Assembly: GCA_028534125.1 (NCBI GenBank)
Contig: CM052816.1
Location: forward strand, 83,702,001-83,766,000
Source of the DNA: Lama glama
Taxonomy: Eukaryota
Reading direction: 5' to 3'
Length of the DNA: 64,000 nt
Below the pieces are notes generated by a model. That model was not told the DNA's origin. It ran no database searches and saw nothing but the letters and a program-made list of their open reading frames with translations. Position 1 is the first letter of the stretch, and each line of letters opens with the position of its first letter. Both the position numbers and the translations under genes were made by a program. This document shows, in pieces, positions 41,784 to 54,160 of this stretch.

Positions 41784-41931
41784 GAAGAAAGGAAGGAAGG
41801 AAGGAAGGAAGGAAGGAAGAAAGGAAGGAAGGAAAGGAGAGAGGGAGGGAGGAAGGAAAGAAAGAGAAAGAAAGAAAGGGAAAGAAAGGAAGGAAGGAAG
41901 GAAGGAAGGAAGGAAGGAAGGAAGAAAGGAA
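41713..41931. repeat. (GAAA)n/(GGAA)n compound polypurine microsatellite
   Basis: About 220 bp, almost entirely purine on the plus strand. Confidence 0.97.
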
Positions 41932-42539
41932 GTCTTACCCTAATGAGGGGTTAAACCACACAATCCTGCGAAATTATTTTATTCTCCTGGATGGGAGGAA
42001 TTAGCGGAAAGATTGATATACTTGGGTCCTGAAAGTGTCTACTTTAGCTCTGCCTCAGCCAGGTTTCAGCTATGTTTTGTGATTTTGAGTATCACTTTTC
42101 TGATCTTCAGATGCTTTATCTATAAAAACTAGAAAAATCAATGCATGACTTAACGTCTCTCAGTTGCTTAATAGGAAAAGCATGCAAAGCGTCAGCAATC
42201 TTACCTAGCAGGCTAGCACTGTGTGAGTGCAAAACAGTTTCCTTTAGTAACAGTATATGACTGGCAATGTTCTTCGTTTTCACAGGTTCAACAATATTTG
42301 ACTGTGTGGTAGGCATTGTGCTGGGCTCAGAGATATGATGACAGTATCCAGTGTTTTCTGGACTTTTGGTGTCAAGACTGGTGAGAATATGGCCACTGAA
42401 GTTCTTCATCTTGACTTTCATGTTGGGAGGCCTGTAGCTAGTGTATTAAGTTGAGTATGAAGATTCTGACCTGCTGAATGAGGAGGCACAAGCCTCCCTC
42501 ACCTCACGGAGCTGGTGGGCTTCTCCCTCAGCATCAGAG

Positions 42540-42935
42540 CTCCTACTGCAGGGAAGTGAAAACCCTAAATTTGTTTTGATTGAAGGCACAATTTCAATGC
42601 ACAAAGGTACTAAAGTCACAAGATTTATGACTTACAGATCCCAGAAGCAGGGTGGGGTGGGCACAGTGAGTTCAAAGGAAGGGCCGTCCTCCATTCCAGG
42701 TCAGGACATGAAGAGCAGATAGAGGGCAGGGTAACGAGCACCTATTACTTACAAGGTGCTGGGGTCACTAACTCTTCAACTCTAAGTGGTTATTTTAAAA
42801 GGTGCCCCAGGAAAAGCAGAGTAAAGAACTTGTGGCTAGAATCCTAAGCTCACATCTTTGTCTAAAAGTCTGGACTCTGGGTGTGAGAGGGTGTCAGACT
42901 ATAAAATACATAGGCAGTAACTCAAAGTTACTCAT
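42540..42935 (-). mobile_element. Old ERVL-like LTR (MER74/LTR52-like)
   Basis: 'tttatgacttacagatcccag' resembles an antisense polyA region of this group; GC-elevated block. Confidence 0.4.
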
Positions 42936-43659
42936 CATAGCTTTACTATTAAATTTAAGATAAGCATAGAAAAGATCTACCTAGAATTAAGAACCTCCTT
43001 ATGATGTGGGTAGATACAGTTTTCAGTTCTCTCTTGCAGTCCAGAGGAATCCTGAATTTCAGGCCTTTATGTCATTTTAAGCTGGTCCACACATACATTC
43101 AGATGTTACCTTATAACTACAAATGAATGAGTTTCTGTGTTGTATTTGCATAACCAACTTTCTTCCCAGTTCCACTTTGATGCAGGCAGCCAGGACGTAG
43201 ACTAATACGTAGTGAAGAAAACAAAAGTCTACAATGTCATTCTTTCAATACAAAATACTGAATGTGGTGATACTCCTTGTTTTTCTCTCCCAGGCTGGTC
43301 CATCTGAATAAAAAGTACCATGATAGAGTTAATTCATCAAGCGCAAGGCTTATCACTTCATTACCAGTTCCTTTGTTTCACACTCTGTGCAATCCATTCT
43401 CAAGTGGTGTTGGAGGTGTCACTAGCCTATCATATGAATCTATTGAATTTTCTCTATCTTCAGTATCATAATTCCTGCCCAAACCACCATTATCTTTAAT
43501 CTAGTCTATTAGATGAGAAGATAAAACTATTATCCTAAATCATTTATACTGTTTGTTTTCTTATCTGTGTATAATTGATCATGCATTAATAGCCAGAATC
43601 ATTTATTTTTTAAACATGAAGAACCCCATGGACTTTTTCCACAGAGACACAGCCCTATC

Positions 43660-43911
43660 TGGTGAAAATTTAAAAATCAAATAATTTTTTTAAAAATCTA
43701 AAAGAAACCACTATGAAAAATTTAAAATGAACTAATATTGATATGCAAAGAGCAAAGAAAATGCCAATTCATGTGAAATGCTTACTCCAACCAGAGGAAT
43801 AAAAAATAACAGGAAGATTAAAAAGAGAAACAAAGAACAACTTTAGGAAAGAATTATAAAAGTGGTAGGTACTAATCCAACTGGCTGAATAATCACTTTA
43901 AAATGAGTGGT
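43660..43911 (+). mobile_element. Old L1 inter-ORF/ORF2-start fragment
   Basis: 'gtggtaggtactaatccaact...aataatcactttaaaatgagtggt' resembles the start of L1 ORF2. Confidence 0.6.
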
Positions 43912-44198
43912 TGTCGAGAGTTTAGCTAAGTTACTCCAGGGCGTTGCTGCGCTGGCAGCCATTTTGTCTGGCTAACAGCCTTCATGGACCCACACTAGCC
44001 TCCTCATACAAACTCATGCCCTAGATGACAGCCCACAGAGTCACAGGCAAATGTCGTTTTTTGATATGACTTCCTTTACAACCTTTGCAATAATCCTACT
44101 TCCCAGTACCTTCTCTTGGGCCTGTCTTAGATAAAACTCCCATGTAACTTACCTAAACTCTTCTCATTTGGTTTGAATTGACCAATCTGGCACATGAC
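43912..44198 (+). mobile_element. Truncated ERV LTR (U3 part)
   Basis: Starts tg; 'ggcagccattttg', 'cttagataaaactccc', 'tgaattgaccaatc'; no polyA or U5 part seen. Confidence 0.6.
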
Positions 44199-45129
44199 AA
44201 AAGAGAAAGCATTTGTACTGTCTTTAATTCTTAATTGTTAGCTTTTTTATAAAGAAAAATTTTTTTTAATTGTAGGTAAACCATAGGATAGAATTAAACT
44301 TAGGAAATTCAGCAGCTTTGTTTTTCTAAAAACTATGGTTCATTGCTTTGGCAAAGTTAATTTTGAGAAGTATCAATGGATAAGAACCCTCCTTGCTAAG
44401 TGGCAGAACCATCTGAATTGTTCTCGGGTATAGATTTTCATTGCTACAACCAGGGACCCAGAAATAAAAGAATAAATCCTACGTATGTGCATTTTGATGT
44501 TCCCCAAGAGATAGAGAATTTAATTAGGCTGATCTAATTATGCCCAAATCTAGTTTGTTTGATTTGATTACATCAGAACCTAAGTTTTGTGTAAGGTTAC
44601 TGCTGAATCGGGACTACTCTCATTTCTGCCAAATCTAGTTTGCTTGTTTTCTTCATGACCAAAATTATCTTGCTAATAGCTACAACAAAATTAACATTTT
44701 GTTACACAGGGTATTTATCTGCATAATTCCTCTACCCTAAAAGCAAGAAAATATAATTAAAAAACTTAGAGGGATGATTGGAATGAGCAGAAATTGTACT
44801 GGATTTAAAGAGGGCAAAATAAGAATTTGCATGTTTAACGGATATGGAGAAAGGATTAGCTATTCCAAAAGTAACTAACTTCCTAATCACACTATGTACG
44901 TTTATACCATTCATAGACCCTCAGAGCCTCCCCATTTGTAGAAAAGTTATGTTGTTATTAGAAACAGCTGATGGCATATTGGGAAAGATAAACACAATGA
45001 TTTGCAAAGCAGGCTTAATTTCTCCAGATCCTTAGAATTTATGATTAACTTGGGGAAGAAGAAGCACATTTAGCTAGTCTCAACTCACAGTTTCTCGAGT
45101 TGCTGTCTAGTTTCTTCTCTTGGGAGAAA

Positions 45130-45296
45130 CTGAAAGCAGGGCGACACTTCTCCAGGTTGTAAATTTTCTCAAGGAAACAATTGCTGCCGTTTGTTTAGGA
45201 ACAATCTGGAAAATCCCTAGCGTATATGTCACTTCAGCTTCAGGAAGGAGCCCGAAAAGTGGGCGGTGCAGGTTCAGCCTGTGGCACCAAGTGAGT
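45130..45296 (+). promoter_or_regulatory. Candidate cis-regulatory element or non-coding first exon
   Basis: Local CpG retention, kappaB match ggaaaatccc 45208-45217, GC box gggcgg 45261-45266, donor-like aa|gtgagt at 45290/45291. Confidence 0.3.
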
Positions 45297-45625
45297 AGTA
45301 GTTATGCCTCAAATGTATGCATGTGAGGCTTTCTGAGAAAGCGAAGTAGCACTGCAGAAGCACTGATTTATAAATAATATATAAAAAGGGCTTAGAAAAA
45401 TAGTTTTCACTAAACAGACAAAATTTTTTCCTCCTTTGACTTAGAAGTAGTTGTTTCTGTAATAGTTTAGTGAACTGTTTTCAAAACCAACAGGCAAATA
45501 AAGACGGATATAGAATGTGGTATTATGGCTAGCTACTATTACAGGAGACAAGTTAATGGTTAAAATACCTTAATTGGTTATGATTTTCTAGCAATAGCAT
45601 AATTAATACAAACATAAAATAAAGG

Positions 45626-45727
45626 CAAAAGGGAAGGAAAGAAAAGAAAGGAAGAAAGGAATAAAAGGAAGGAAGGAAGAAAGAAAGAAAGAAAAAAGAG
45701 AAGAGGAAAGAAGAAAGAGAGGAAAGA
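45626..45727. repeat. GA-rich polypurine low-complexity repeat
   Basis: aaagggaaggaaagaaaagaaaggaag... Confidence 0.9.
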
Positions 45728-46479
45728 GTCTCTTTAATATAAAACAAAAGTCATAGAATGTTTACCATATCATTAGTAGAAATGACATTATTAAGGAAAC
45801 TTCATAATTGAATCTCCATTAAAAGGCTCAGTGCTATTCAAGATAGAAGTATGTTCCTGTGTATAATTAGACGTTTTATTTGACAAGCACATAATGTACA
45901 TAACATGCTAGGAATCAGGTTGAAATACAAACAAAATGACTGCATGAAATTTCCTCTCAACCAAGAGAGGACTTAACTATCATCCTCAGGAAAGTGTGGC
46001 TAGAGTTGGAGAAAAAGAACAACTGTGAATAAATAACTCATTCTACGATAGCCCACTTCGTGGTGATGTAAGTTGAAAAAGTCACTCAACATCTCTCTGG
46101 AAATTTCAGTATAAACTTTCTTAAGGCACTGGATTAGTTTAGATTAGAAAAAAAAAAAAGCACTAACCTCATGACCCCAAAAAGCATCATGCTCATGCTT
46201 TCATTTCAAGTTTGGAAATAGACAAACTGAAATATTTTAAAGATATTCTGTTTCAAGTCATCCAAAATTAAAACTCATTAAAGAGCATTCAAAATAAATG
46301 TAGCAGGCTGCAATCTTTAGAAAGAAAAAAAAGTTATTTTTATGCTTTGAGTTTAAATGTGTCTACAATTGAGCTTCATTGTTCAGGTGATATTTTTAGA
46401 TATGAAATAAGTAGAAAGACAAAGGTGGTTCTGGAACCATTTATTTTACATAAAATGTATGTGCTATTGCTATTTTTGG

Positions 46480-46700
46480 TAAGTGATAAGAATAGTTTAT
46501 TTAATTTTTTTATGTTAAAACACTCTGCTAAGTGCTTTGCCTTCCCTATGTAATTTAATCCTCACAATAGTTCTGTGAAGTAGAACTGTCTCCTCTGCAG
46601 GTGTGTAAAACAAGGAAATTGTGTCTCAGAGAGGCGACACAACTGGACCAAATGAACTAGTTTGATTCTGAATTTCCTCCTTTAAATACTGCATTATTTT
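46480..46700 (-). mobile_element. MIR
   Basis: 'cactctgctaagtgcttt...tttaatcctcacaatagttctgtgaagtag...tctcagagagg'. Confidence 0.7.
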
Positions 46701-47568
46701 ACAATGTAATTTATATGTCAAGTTGTTTGAAAATGAAACACATTGCTTAAAATGATGAATTCAGTCTTAATAAAATGCTGACGGATAAATTAAAATTTAT
46801 AAACTGAAGTGATTTTTATTGCATATGGTTTATTGTGTTGAAATGACAAAACAGAAATCACTAACGTAAAACTGCCCAATGCAAATGCAAATAGAATTCA
46901 TTTTTAAATGGTATCTACTGGTATCAAAGGGTCTCTTCTGGTGAAATAGCATGAGATGTTTGAGGCTGTTTGACTTAAAACTCCTTCTGGATGAGCAGAC
47001 ACTTTGAAGGCAATACTCAATAGATTAAGTTTTTAGTGTTATGAACAATGAGAAGGCCAATTAACTCTGCCATTGATGACATTCTGCTCTCTGGGACAAT
47101 AGAACCTTGTTTTGGAAGAATATGGACAGAGTTGGAAAGTGTTTGGTTCATGTGCTAAGAAACCATTTTCTTGGTGAACTTTCCAACCAAATTGTGATAT
47201 GCATTTTCAATTTCTTAATCTTATCCATACATTTTTGTGGAGATACTTGTGGAGCAGACAGACTTTCAGTGTTAATATTGGTTTTCCTGTTTGCTAATAC
47301 AGATTTGCAAAAATATATGTAAATGTGACATTCAAAGCTTTTTCCCCCAGACTGAGAACAATATTTCCCTAAAAAACTACATTGAATACTATTCAAATAC
47401 CTGTACCAACAATCTTGCATTACATAGCATTTTACATTGTTTTGTTTTTGCAAAACACTTTTTTTTAAAATCTTACTGCTGAGATTCGGTTTTTATTTCC
47501 CAGGAATTGTTAAAGGGCTTTGCTGGTGATATTTTTACTATTTTAATTCCTTTGCTTTTCCATGTAAA

Positions 47569-47890
47569 TTTTATTTATTTATTTATTGTTGTTTTTCAGT
47601 TTTAATATATTTTTATTGAAGTACAGTCCATTTTCAACGTTATGTCAGTTTCTGGTGTACAGCACAATACTTCAGTCTCATAGGAACATACATACACTCG
47701 TTCTTGTATTCTTCTTCCCCATAGGTTACTACAAGATATTGAACATGGTTCCTTGTGCTATACAGTATAAATTTGTTGTTTATCTATTTTATATATGTTA
47801 GTATCTGCAAATCTGGAACTCCCAATTTATCCCTTCCCACCTGCTTACCCCCTGGTAACCATAAGTTTGTTTTCTATGTCTGTGAGTCTG
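47569..47890 (-). mobile_element. L1 3' end (cetartiodactyl/camelid-type)
   Basis: tttttattgaagtacagtc...ggttactacaagatattgaacatggttccttgtgctatacagta...ggtaaccataagtttgttttctatgtctgtgagtctg. Confidence 0.9.
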
Positions 47891-48803
47891 ATATTTTTGC
47901 AGAACACTTTTAAATATTCACAGCAATATCAATTACAACAATAAATAGGACAAACTGTTAATTTTTCAATAATGAAACTTCTATTACCATTAGTGATAGT
48001 TTTACACATATATGGTTAATAAAATAAATAATGTTTTGAGAACACAAATTTTAAAAAAATGGGAAATTTAGAAGGTATAGGAGAAATCTCATATTAAGTA
48101 TATTTCTGGGAATATGTCCATCTTATTTTCATTTGCAAAACCTTTGCCTTTATATAAAAAGCAATTTTCTTGAAAACACATAAAAGAAAAGTGATGTTTT
48201 TGAAATTCATGAATCAAGTCACAATGCTTCCTCTCTGAGGTAGTACTTTCCTTTGCTATTTCTATTACTTGGTTATATTCTGCCAGTAGGAATTCAAGTT
48301 ATAATTATTTGATAAATCCTCAAGGTGAAAGGATTTATGTCACCACTCACACACAGAGAAGAATCTGTTAACATAATAGGTATCTGGAGGACTCTCATTG
48401 AAGCAATTCTTTGCTTTCCATGTTTCTAGTTTACTTTTAGATACAAGATTAGATTATATTAGACACATTTGATAATTTTTCAGGGACAAGAGGAGTTTTT
48501 ATTTTTACAGTTTTTAGTTGAGCATTTGAAATGTTTTCCTCTTGAGAAAACCCAGGAATTAAAGAGCACGATTGGTGCAAAAGAGTAAGAAGAAAATCAC
48601 GATGAATTATGTTACAACCTGTGCCATTATTAAATTTCTATTTTGATAATTTCCCCCATGAAGTTCCAATTCTGTAAATAATTAAATGTACTATAAAATA
48701 ATTAGCAAAATTATAAAATTATGTATACAAGCCTCACCCCTCTATTACCCTTCTTTGATCACTTTTGAGAAACCAATTTCTAAAAATTGAAACAAGGGAA
48801 TTA

Positions 48804-48874
48804 AAAGGAAGGAAGGAAGGAAGAAAAGAAAGAAAGAAAGAAAGGAAGAAAGAAAGGAAGGCAGAAAGAAAGAA
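48804..48874. repeat. (GGAA)n/(GAAA)n microsatellite
   Basis: aaggaaggaaggaaggaagaaaagaaagaaagaaag... Confidence 0.9.
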
Positions 48875-51222
48875 ATCTAACTTATCTAACTTCTTGAAAA
48901 CATTTCAATCAGTTTCTAAAACTGAAAAATTCCATGATCTTTGCAGGCGTAGCATATTCCAGACTGATAGCCCCGTATTAGCACTGTTAACTATGGGCCT
49001 CCAAATGGATCTCACCATTTTGTTACATATAAATGTGTAGGTAAGTTATTGGAATAATATCTAAGACATTCAGACCTGAACCAATAAAGAGAATTTCTAC
49101 TTGATTGGGAAAGTATTAGTAAATGACTGATAATAGAATAAATGTTTCCTGAATCCTAAAATGACACATTGAAAAAAAATCTGATAACATTTTTAAGACT
49201 CCCCCCTCCAAAGCAGTGCTTTTAGACATAAGCATAAACATTAAATTTGAGATCTACTTGTGAGGTTTTTTGCCTCCCTTAATTATATTTCTGATGGTTC
49301 ATTAAACTTATTTTGGTAATATTAAGCAGAACAATAGGGATAAAATTTATATTTGGGGTGATTCTATTTTTGAAATATTAACCATTTCTACCTCACATTC
49401 AATTTCCTGTTACTCCTGATTTTTTTCTCTATTGATCTTCTAGAACCTCCTTCATTTATTCCTCAGGAAATGGGTAATGAAATTGATCATATAGAAAAGA
49501 TAATTTTCTTAGTTTGAAGTTCGAAAGTGTTAACCCTGAGGGAATAGGAAAAATTCTGATGAAGATTTTGGAATTGTAAAATAAACATGAAGATGGTAAG
49601 TTAAACTGTCAAACTCTCAGGTTACATGATGGGCCATTTGTGTTGCAGATTAAGATTGAGAAGGAAGAAAAGCAGCTAGAATGTGTGAATCCTTGAGAAG
49701 AAACTCTAGGGGAGATAGGTAGACATAAGATAGGTGATAGATGAGGGATGGGTATATAAACAGACAGATAGACAGCTGTAGGGACTTGAAAGTACAAGGG
49801 AACCATTATGCCTCTCCTTAGAAGTGTGTGAAGTGCCATCAAGGCCCCAGATCAGAAAGGGCATACTGCATTTATGAACAAACTAGCCTGACCATGTTGC
49901 TGAGGAATTGGCATATTGCCAAGTGCACATTAACTATTGGGACACAAATACTAATGTGTTTAAGGCAATGTCACAGAGTACCATGTGCTTCAGCAAATAT
50001 AACAAGATGAAACCTGAGAACCACAGAGAGGCCTGGGATTAGCTCATTTTTGAGCAGATCAGAAAAAAATGCAAAATTTTGAGAGAATACAGCAGTTACT
50101 TCCAGACATCTAGGGTCAAATATCAAATTAATCAGTTTGTCTCTTTAGATGCCATTATGGTAGGTAGGGGAGTCAAAGATTATGTAACTGGTCCTTGAGA
50201 TTTTGGCATTATGTATGTTCCACAAGAAGTTAGACTCAATCCTAGGAGAAGGATGGGGGAGGCCCATGTTTACTAATGTTGACTTACTACTCAGGAGAAA
50301 GAGAGCCTGGCATAGATATTGTCTTACATAAGATTTTATAAATTGAATCAAAAATTTAAAAAAAAAACAGTGAAGAATGTGATGTTATGCTCTGGTATGT
50401 CCTAGAAATAGACACATGTCACAATAGTATCCTATTTACTTCTCTAGAAATCTCTGCAGTGCTATATGCAACAATTCACATTCACCTAGAGGAATGGATT
50501 ATAAAGCAGCTCATAGAAGCAACGACAAGTATTCATTGCCATTATGCAATGTGAAATTCCTCGTATGGTATTGGAGGGTGAAACAGGCAAATAGACTCTC
50601 AGGACATTGTCTAAAAAATAACATCCACGTTAAGCAGTGTTAAGTATCATTCCTAACTAACTCGGTTCCTAGAAATCAGTCTTTAAACTGACCTTTAAAC
50701 TCAGAGATCCAATGGGATAAAATTGCTAATTAATAGTTTAATTCTCCTATGAATTGTTGTATTGCATCCAACTATACACCTCCTTTAAATTCCCAACTTG
50801 GATTAGAATAGGCGTCTATATGAGCACAATAAAAATAAATTAATATTGAAATTAATAAAACTACAGTAGAAACATGAGTGGTTTGTACCTGGTGATGGAA
50901 TATAAGTAACATCATTACTGTTTGGTAATAGAAGACTATCTTAGTGTAAATAAATATGTTACACAATTTTTAAAAAGAACTGCTTCAATCATCCCACCAG
51001 TCCTAGGTAATTTTCTACTCGCTCCTCTCTTTTGATCCTTAAACCCTCTTCCTATTTGAGAGTAGATCCCAGAGGAATAGATAAAGATTCTTCCTCCCCA
51101 AGTGCTCTGAAAACCAAGTCTCAGATACTAGGAATAGATTCAGGCAATGACTTAGCTGGGTGGAACTGAGAAACTTGTGTAAATGGTACAAAGATAAAGC
51201 GGCTTTTCAAAATCAGTCATGA

Positions 51223-51740
51223 TGTAATAGGGAAGAACAAATCTAGCTCCATATTAGATCAGTTTCTTTGACTTTAACCTTGTGCTCTGCTTCCTGTGCT
51301 TAGTCATTCTGGATCCGTACCTTTTGTAAAAGAATGTTGCCTATAGCCTGAAATACACAGGACAGCCTGTTCTCAAGGCTCTGACCTTAAGGGGTATTAA
51401 CAGTTCTCCATTCATATAAAGATAAAAAGTTGTAGAATAAAAAATAAACTTTTTTGTTGGAGGTTTACAGGAACACCATGACCTGACCTACTTGGACAGC
51501 TGCAAGAACAAAGGATTCTGATACCAAGAAATTTGCAATGACCAACCACATTCCCTCCCCTTTTTGGTATAAAATGCACCTGAGTTCTGCCTTGGGAAAT
51601 ATTGTTCTTGAGGACGTTAGTCTTCTATCTTCTCGGGCTGCCAGCTTTCCAAATAAAGTCATTATTCCTTGCCCCAACACCTCGTCTCTGATTTATTGGC
51701 TGGTCGTAGGGTGAGCAGAATGAGTTTGGACTCAGTAGCA
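51223..51740 (+). mobile_element. MER41-like ERV1 solo LTR, full length
   Basis: tgtaataggg...ctcagtagca, perfect 4-bp TSD atga (51219-51222, 51741-51744), tataaaa, 'aataaagtcattattccttgccccaacacctcgtctc'. Confidence 0.88.
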
Positions 51741-52057
51741 ATGACAGTGAATTTCTGTAGTGGTGGCTAGTATTCTGGAGCTGTTGCAACTTTTGTTTGA
51801 TCCAATTACTAATTCTGAAAGGTTATTTTTTGTTCATTGTATTCTATTTTTCCTTTTACCTGATACCCTAAAATGATCTTATTACTAATTCATCCAACAC
51901 ATATTTCTTCAAGGACCTACCATGTCATAGGCATTGTTGAGGTGTAAAGGTACAACAATGAACAAAATGAAATTTCTGCTGTCAGCTCAATAAAGAAAAA
52001 TAACTTTGATAAAAAAGATGTCTTCTTTGATATGATGATATTTAAGTAAAAACCCAA

Positions 52058-52153
52058 AGCAGAAGCAGCAGCAGCAGCAGAAGGAGCAGCAGAAGGAGCA
52101 GAAGGAGAAGGAGAAGGGGAAGAAGAAGAAGAAAGAGGAGAGGAGAAGGAAAG
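52058..52153. repeat. (GCA)/(GGA)/(GAA) trinucleotide low-complexity repeat inside an L2 fragment
   Basis: agcagcagcagcagcagaaggagcagcagaagg...gaagaagaagaa. Confidence 0.85.
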
Positions 52154-53609
52154 ATATTAGCTACATGACCGTGTGGAGTGGAAACTATATTTAGGCAGAA
52201 GAATCAGTAAGAAAAAAATTCCTGAGGTTGTTTATGTTTATTGTGTTTAAGAAACAGATGCCAGCCGAGTGTAGCATTTTTCATTTTCTAACAAATCTCA
52301 ATCGCTTTATGAAACCCAGGGTTACTTTCTGTTTCATGTGTCAGAAAGCAGCTTCACTGATGTTATCAGTAACATGTACAGATGTGGAAATGTCTCTGAA
52401 AGATTTAATGTATTCTGAAAAACATAAGGCCTACTTTTTGGAACTACTTATTCATTTTTTTTTAAATGTGTGATTTTACATGTAACTATCTACTCATATA
52501 ATTAACTATTCTTCCATTTATCTTTATCTATTTATCACCTATTTATCTTCTACCATCTATCATCTTCTGATTCTTTCAAAGTATGACATATTTATTTAAG
52601 TTCTTTATATTCTGTTGGAAGCTGGCACCTACTGGTGACATTTAAAATTGATGTCAAGGTAAGTGATCAGAAGAAATACAGAGAAGTCTCTACTTTTTGA
52701 CGACTGCAAGTAACTGTGGAAACAAGAAACCCACCAAAAGTACTCAAGGGAATTATGATGTGAAGATCTTAGTAAACTCAGGGTCAATGTGAGTCTTTTG
52801 CGCTTTACGTTCGATTTACAAATAGATCTTTTTTTGTTGTTGTTGATACTTTACGGATGTTGTAACTCCTTGCTCCCTAGAAACACTGAAAGGATTTACT
52901 TCAGCCTGCAGTTCTCTTTACTTCTTTGTTTCCTTGATGAGATCTGATTATGATCTAAGTAGCTCTTATCAGAATAGCATAGAAAGGCTCAAAGAAAAAT
53001 GTGGAGTATTTTATCTACTTTCATATAGTTTCTGGTCTTTGCCTGTACTTTGTTCCTCAAATCAAATGGGCGAGATCTGTGCATATACACAAAGACAACA
53101 ACCAAAACAAAATCACAACTAACAGGTGTAACGGAATAATGAAACATGTCAGAAAGGAAGGTGAAAATTAGTCTCTATTCGGAATTTCAAGGAAAATGAC
53201 CATGAGACTGTTACGTCTATAGAGAGCATTAAACATACATTAAATTTTTGAAAGATTAGGTATAAGTAAAATTTAATTAAAAGGGGGAATTGTTGGAGTC
53301 AAAACAAGAAGGGCAAAGGAGTAAAGGAATAGATGAGCAGACTCAGTGAGATGGGGTGAGGTCTGGTGTGGCTGGAATAGATTATGTTAAGGACTGAGTA
53401 GAGATTAAAGTGTAATAGCCTTATTTTATCAGTGGAGAAAAGCTTATAGGCAGGGAAATTCACTGTATTTACATCGACCCATAGAATAAGGAGAGGTAGG
53501 AAATTAGGAGAACTTTAAGTAGCATATAAATTACACTACTTGTCCCAGCAAAATATTGCTGAAGATAAGAACTGGGTTATTGAGAGCATTCATTGAAGAA
53601 TAATATGGA

Positions 53610-53767
53610 GGGAGAGGGTAAAGCTCCAGTGGTAGAGTGCATGCATAACATGCTCGAGGCCCTAGGTTCAATCCCCAGTGCCTCTACTAAAGAAATAATT
53701 AGATAAATAGAACTAATTATCTCCCCCACCAAGAAAAAAAGGTTTTAAAAAGTCCCAAAAAATAAAT
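53610..53767 (+). mobile_element. tRNA-derived camelid-type SINE with TSD
   Basis: gggagagggtaaagctccagtggtagagtgcatgc...ggttcaatccccagt...aactaattatctccccc; flanks aataatatgga/aacaatatgga. Confidence 0.92.
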
Positions 53768-53916
53768 AACAATATGGAAAATTCATTAGAGATTTCTGTT
53801 CCATAGACTTTTACGTGAAGTGTATGTTGGCAGTGATGAAGAAGTTCAAGGTGACATTCTAGGTTTCTAACTGGTAAAATGGTGATTCAGATAGCTGAGA
53901 GGATTAACAGACAAAT

Positions 53917-54160
53917 CACAGAGTGTGAATTAGTATCTCATTGTAGTTTCGATTTGCATTTCCCGAATGACGAATTGAATTGTGTCTTTTTATTTTATGT
54001 GATGATTATTTTTCAATTGTCTTTGGAAAAATGTCTATAAAAGTTCCTTGCCTATTTTCTAATTGTGTTGTCTTCTTGTTGAGTTGTAGGGTTTCTTTAT
54101 ATATTTTAATATTGACTCCTTATCAAATATATGATTTTTAAATATCCCATTCTCTGGTTT
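53917..54160 (-). mobile_element. L1 ORF2 internal fragment
   Basis: gtatctcattgtagtttcgatttgcatttccc...ctttggaaaaatgtctat...ttgttgagttgtagg. Confidence 0.85.

Noticed and set aside
41669..42004. 111-aa K/E/R/G-rich ORF
   Set aside because: Translation of the GAAA/GGAA microsatellite.
44200..45100. Possible ERV internal gene or processed pseudogene after the truncated LTR
   Set aside because: The frames I translated show no gag/pol/env or cellular motifs, there is no primer-binding site, and part looks MIR-like.
52600..52800. Donor-like aag|gtaagt (52658) and at|gtgagt with short open frames
   Set aside because: Peptides unrecognisable; cannot be supported without transcript data.
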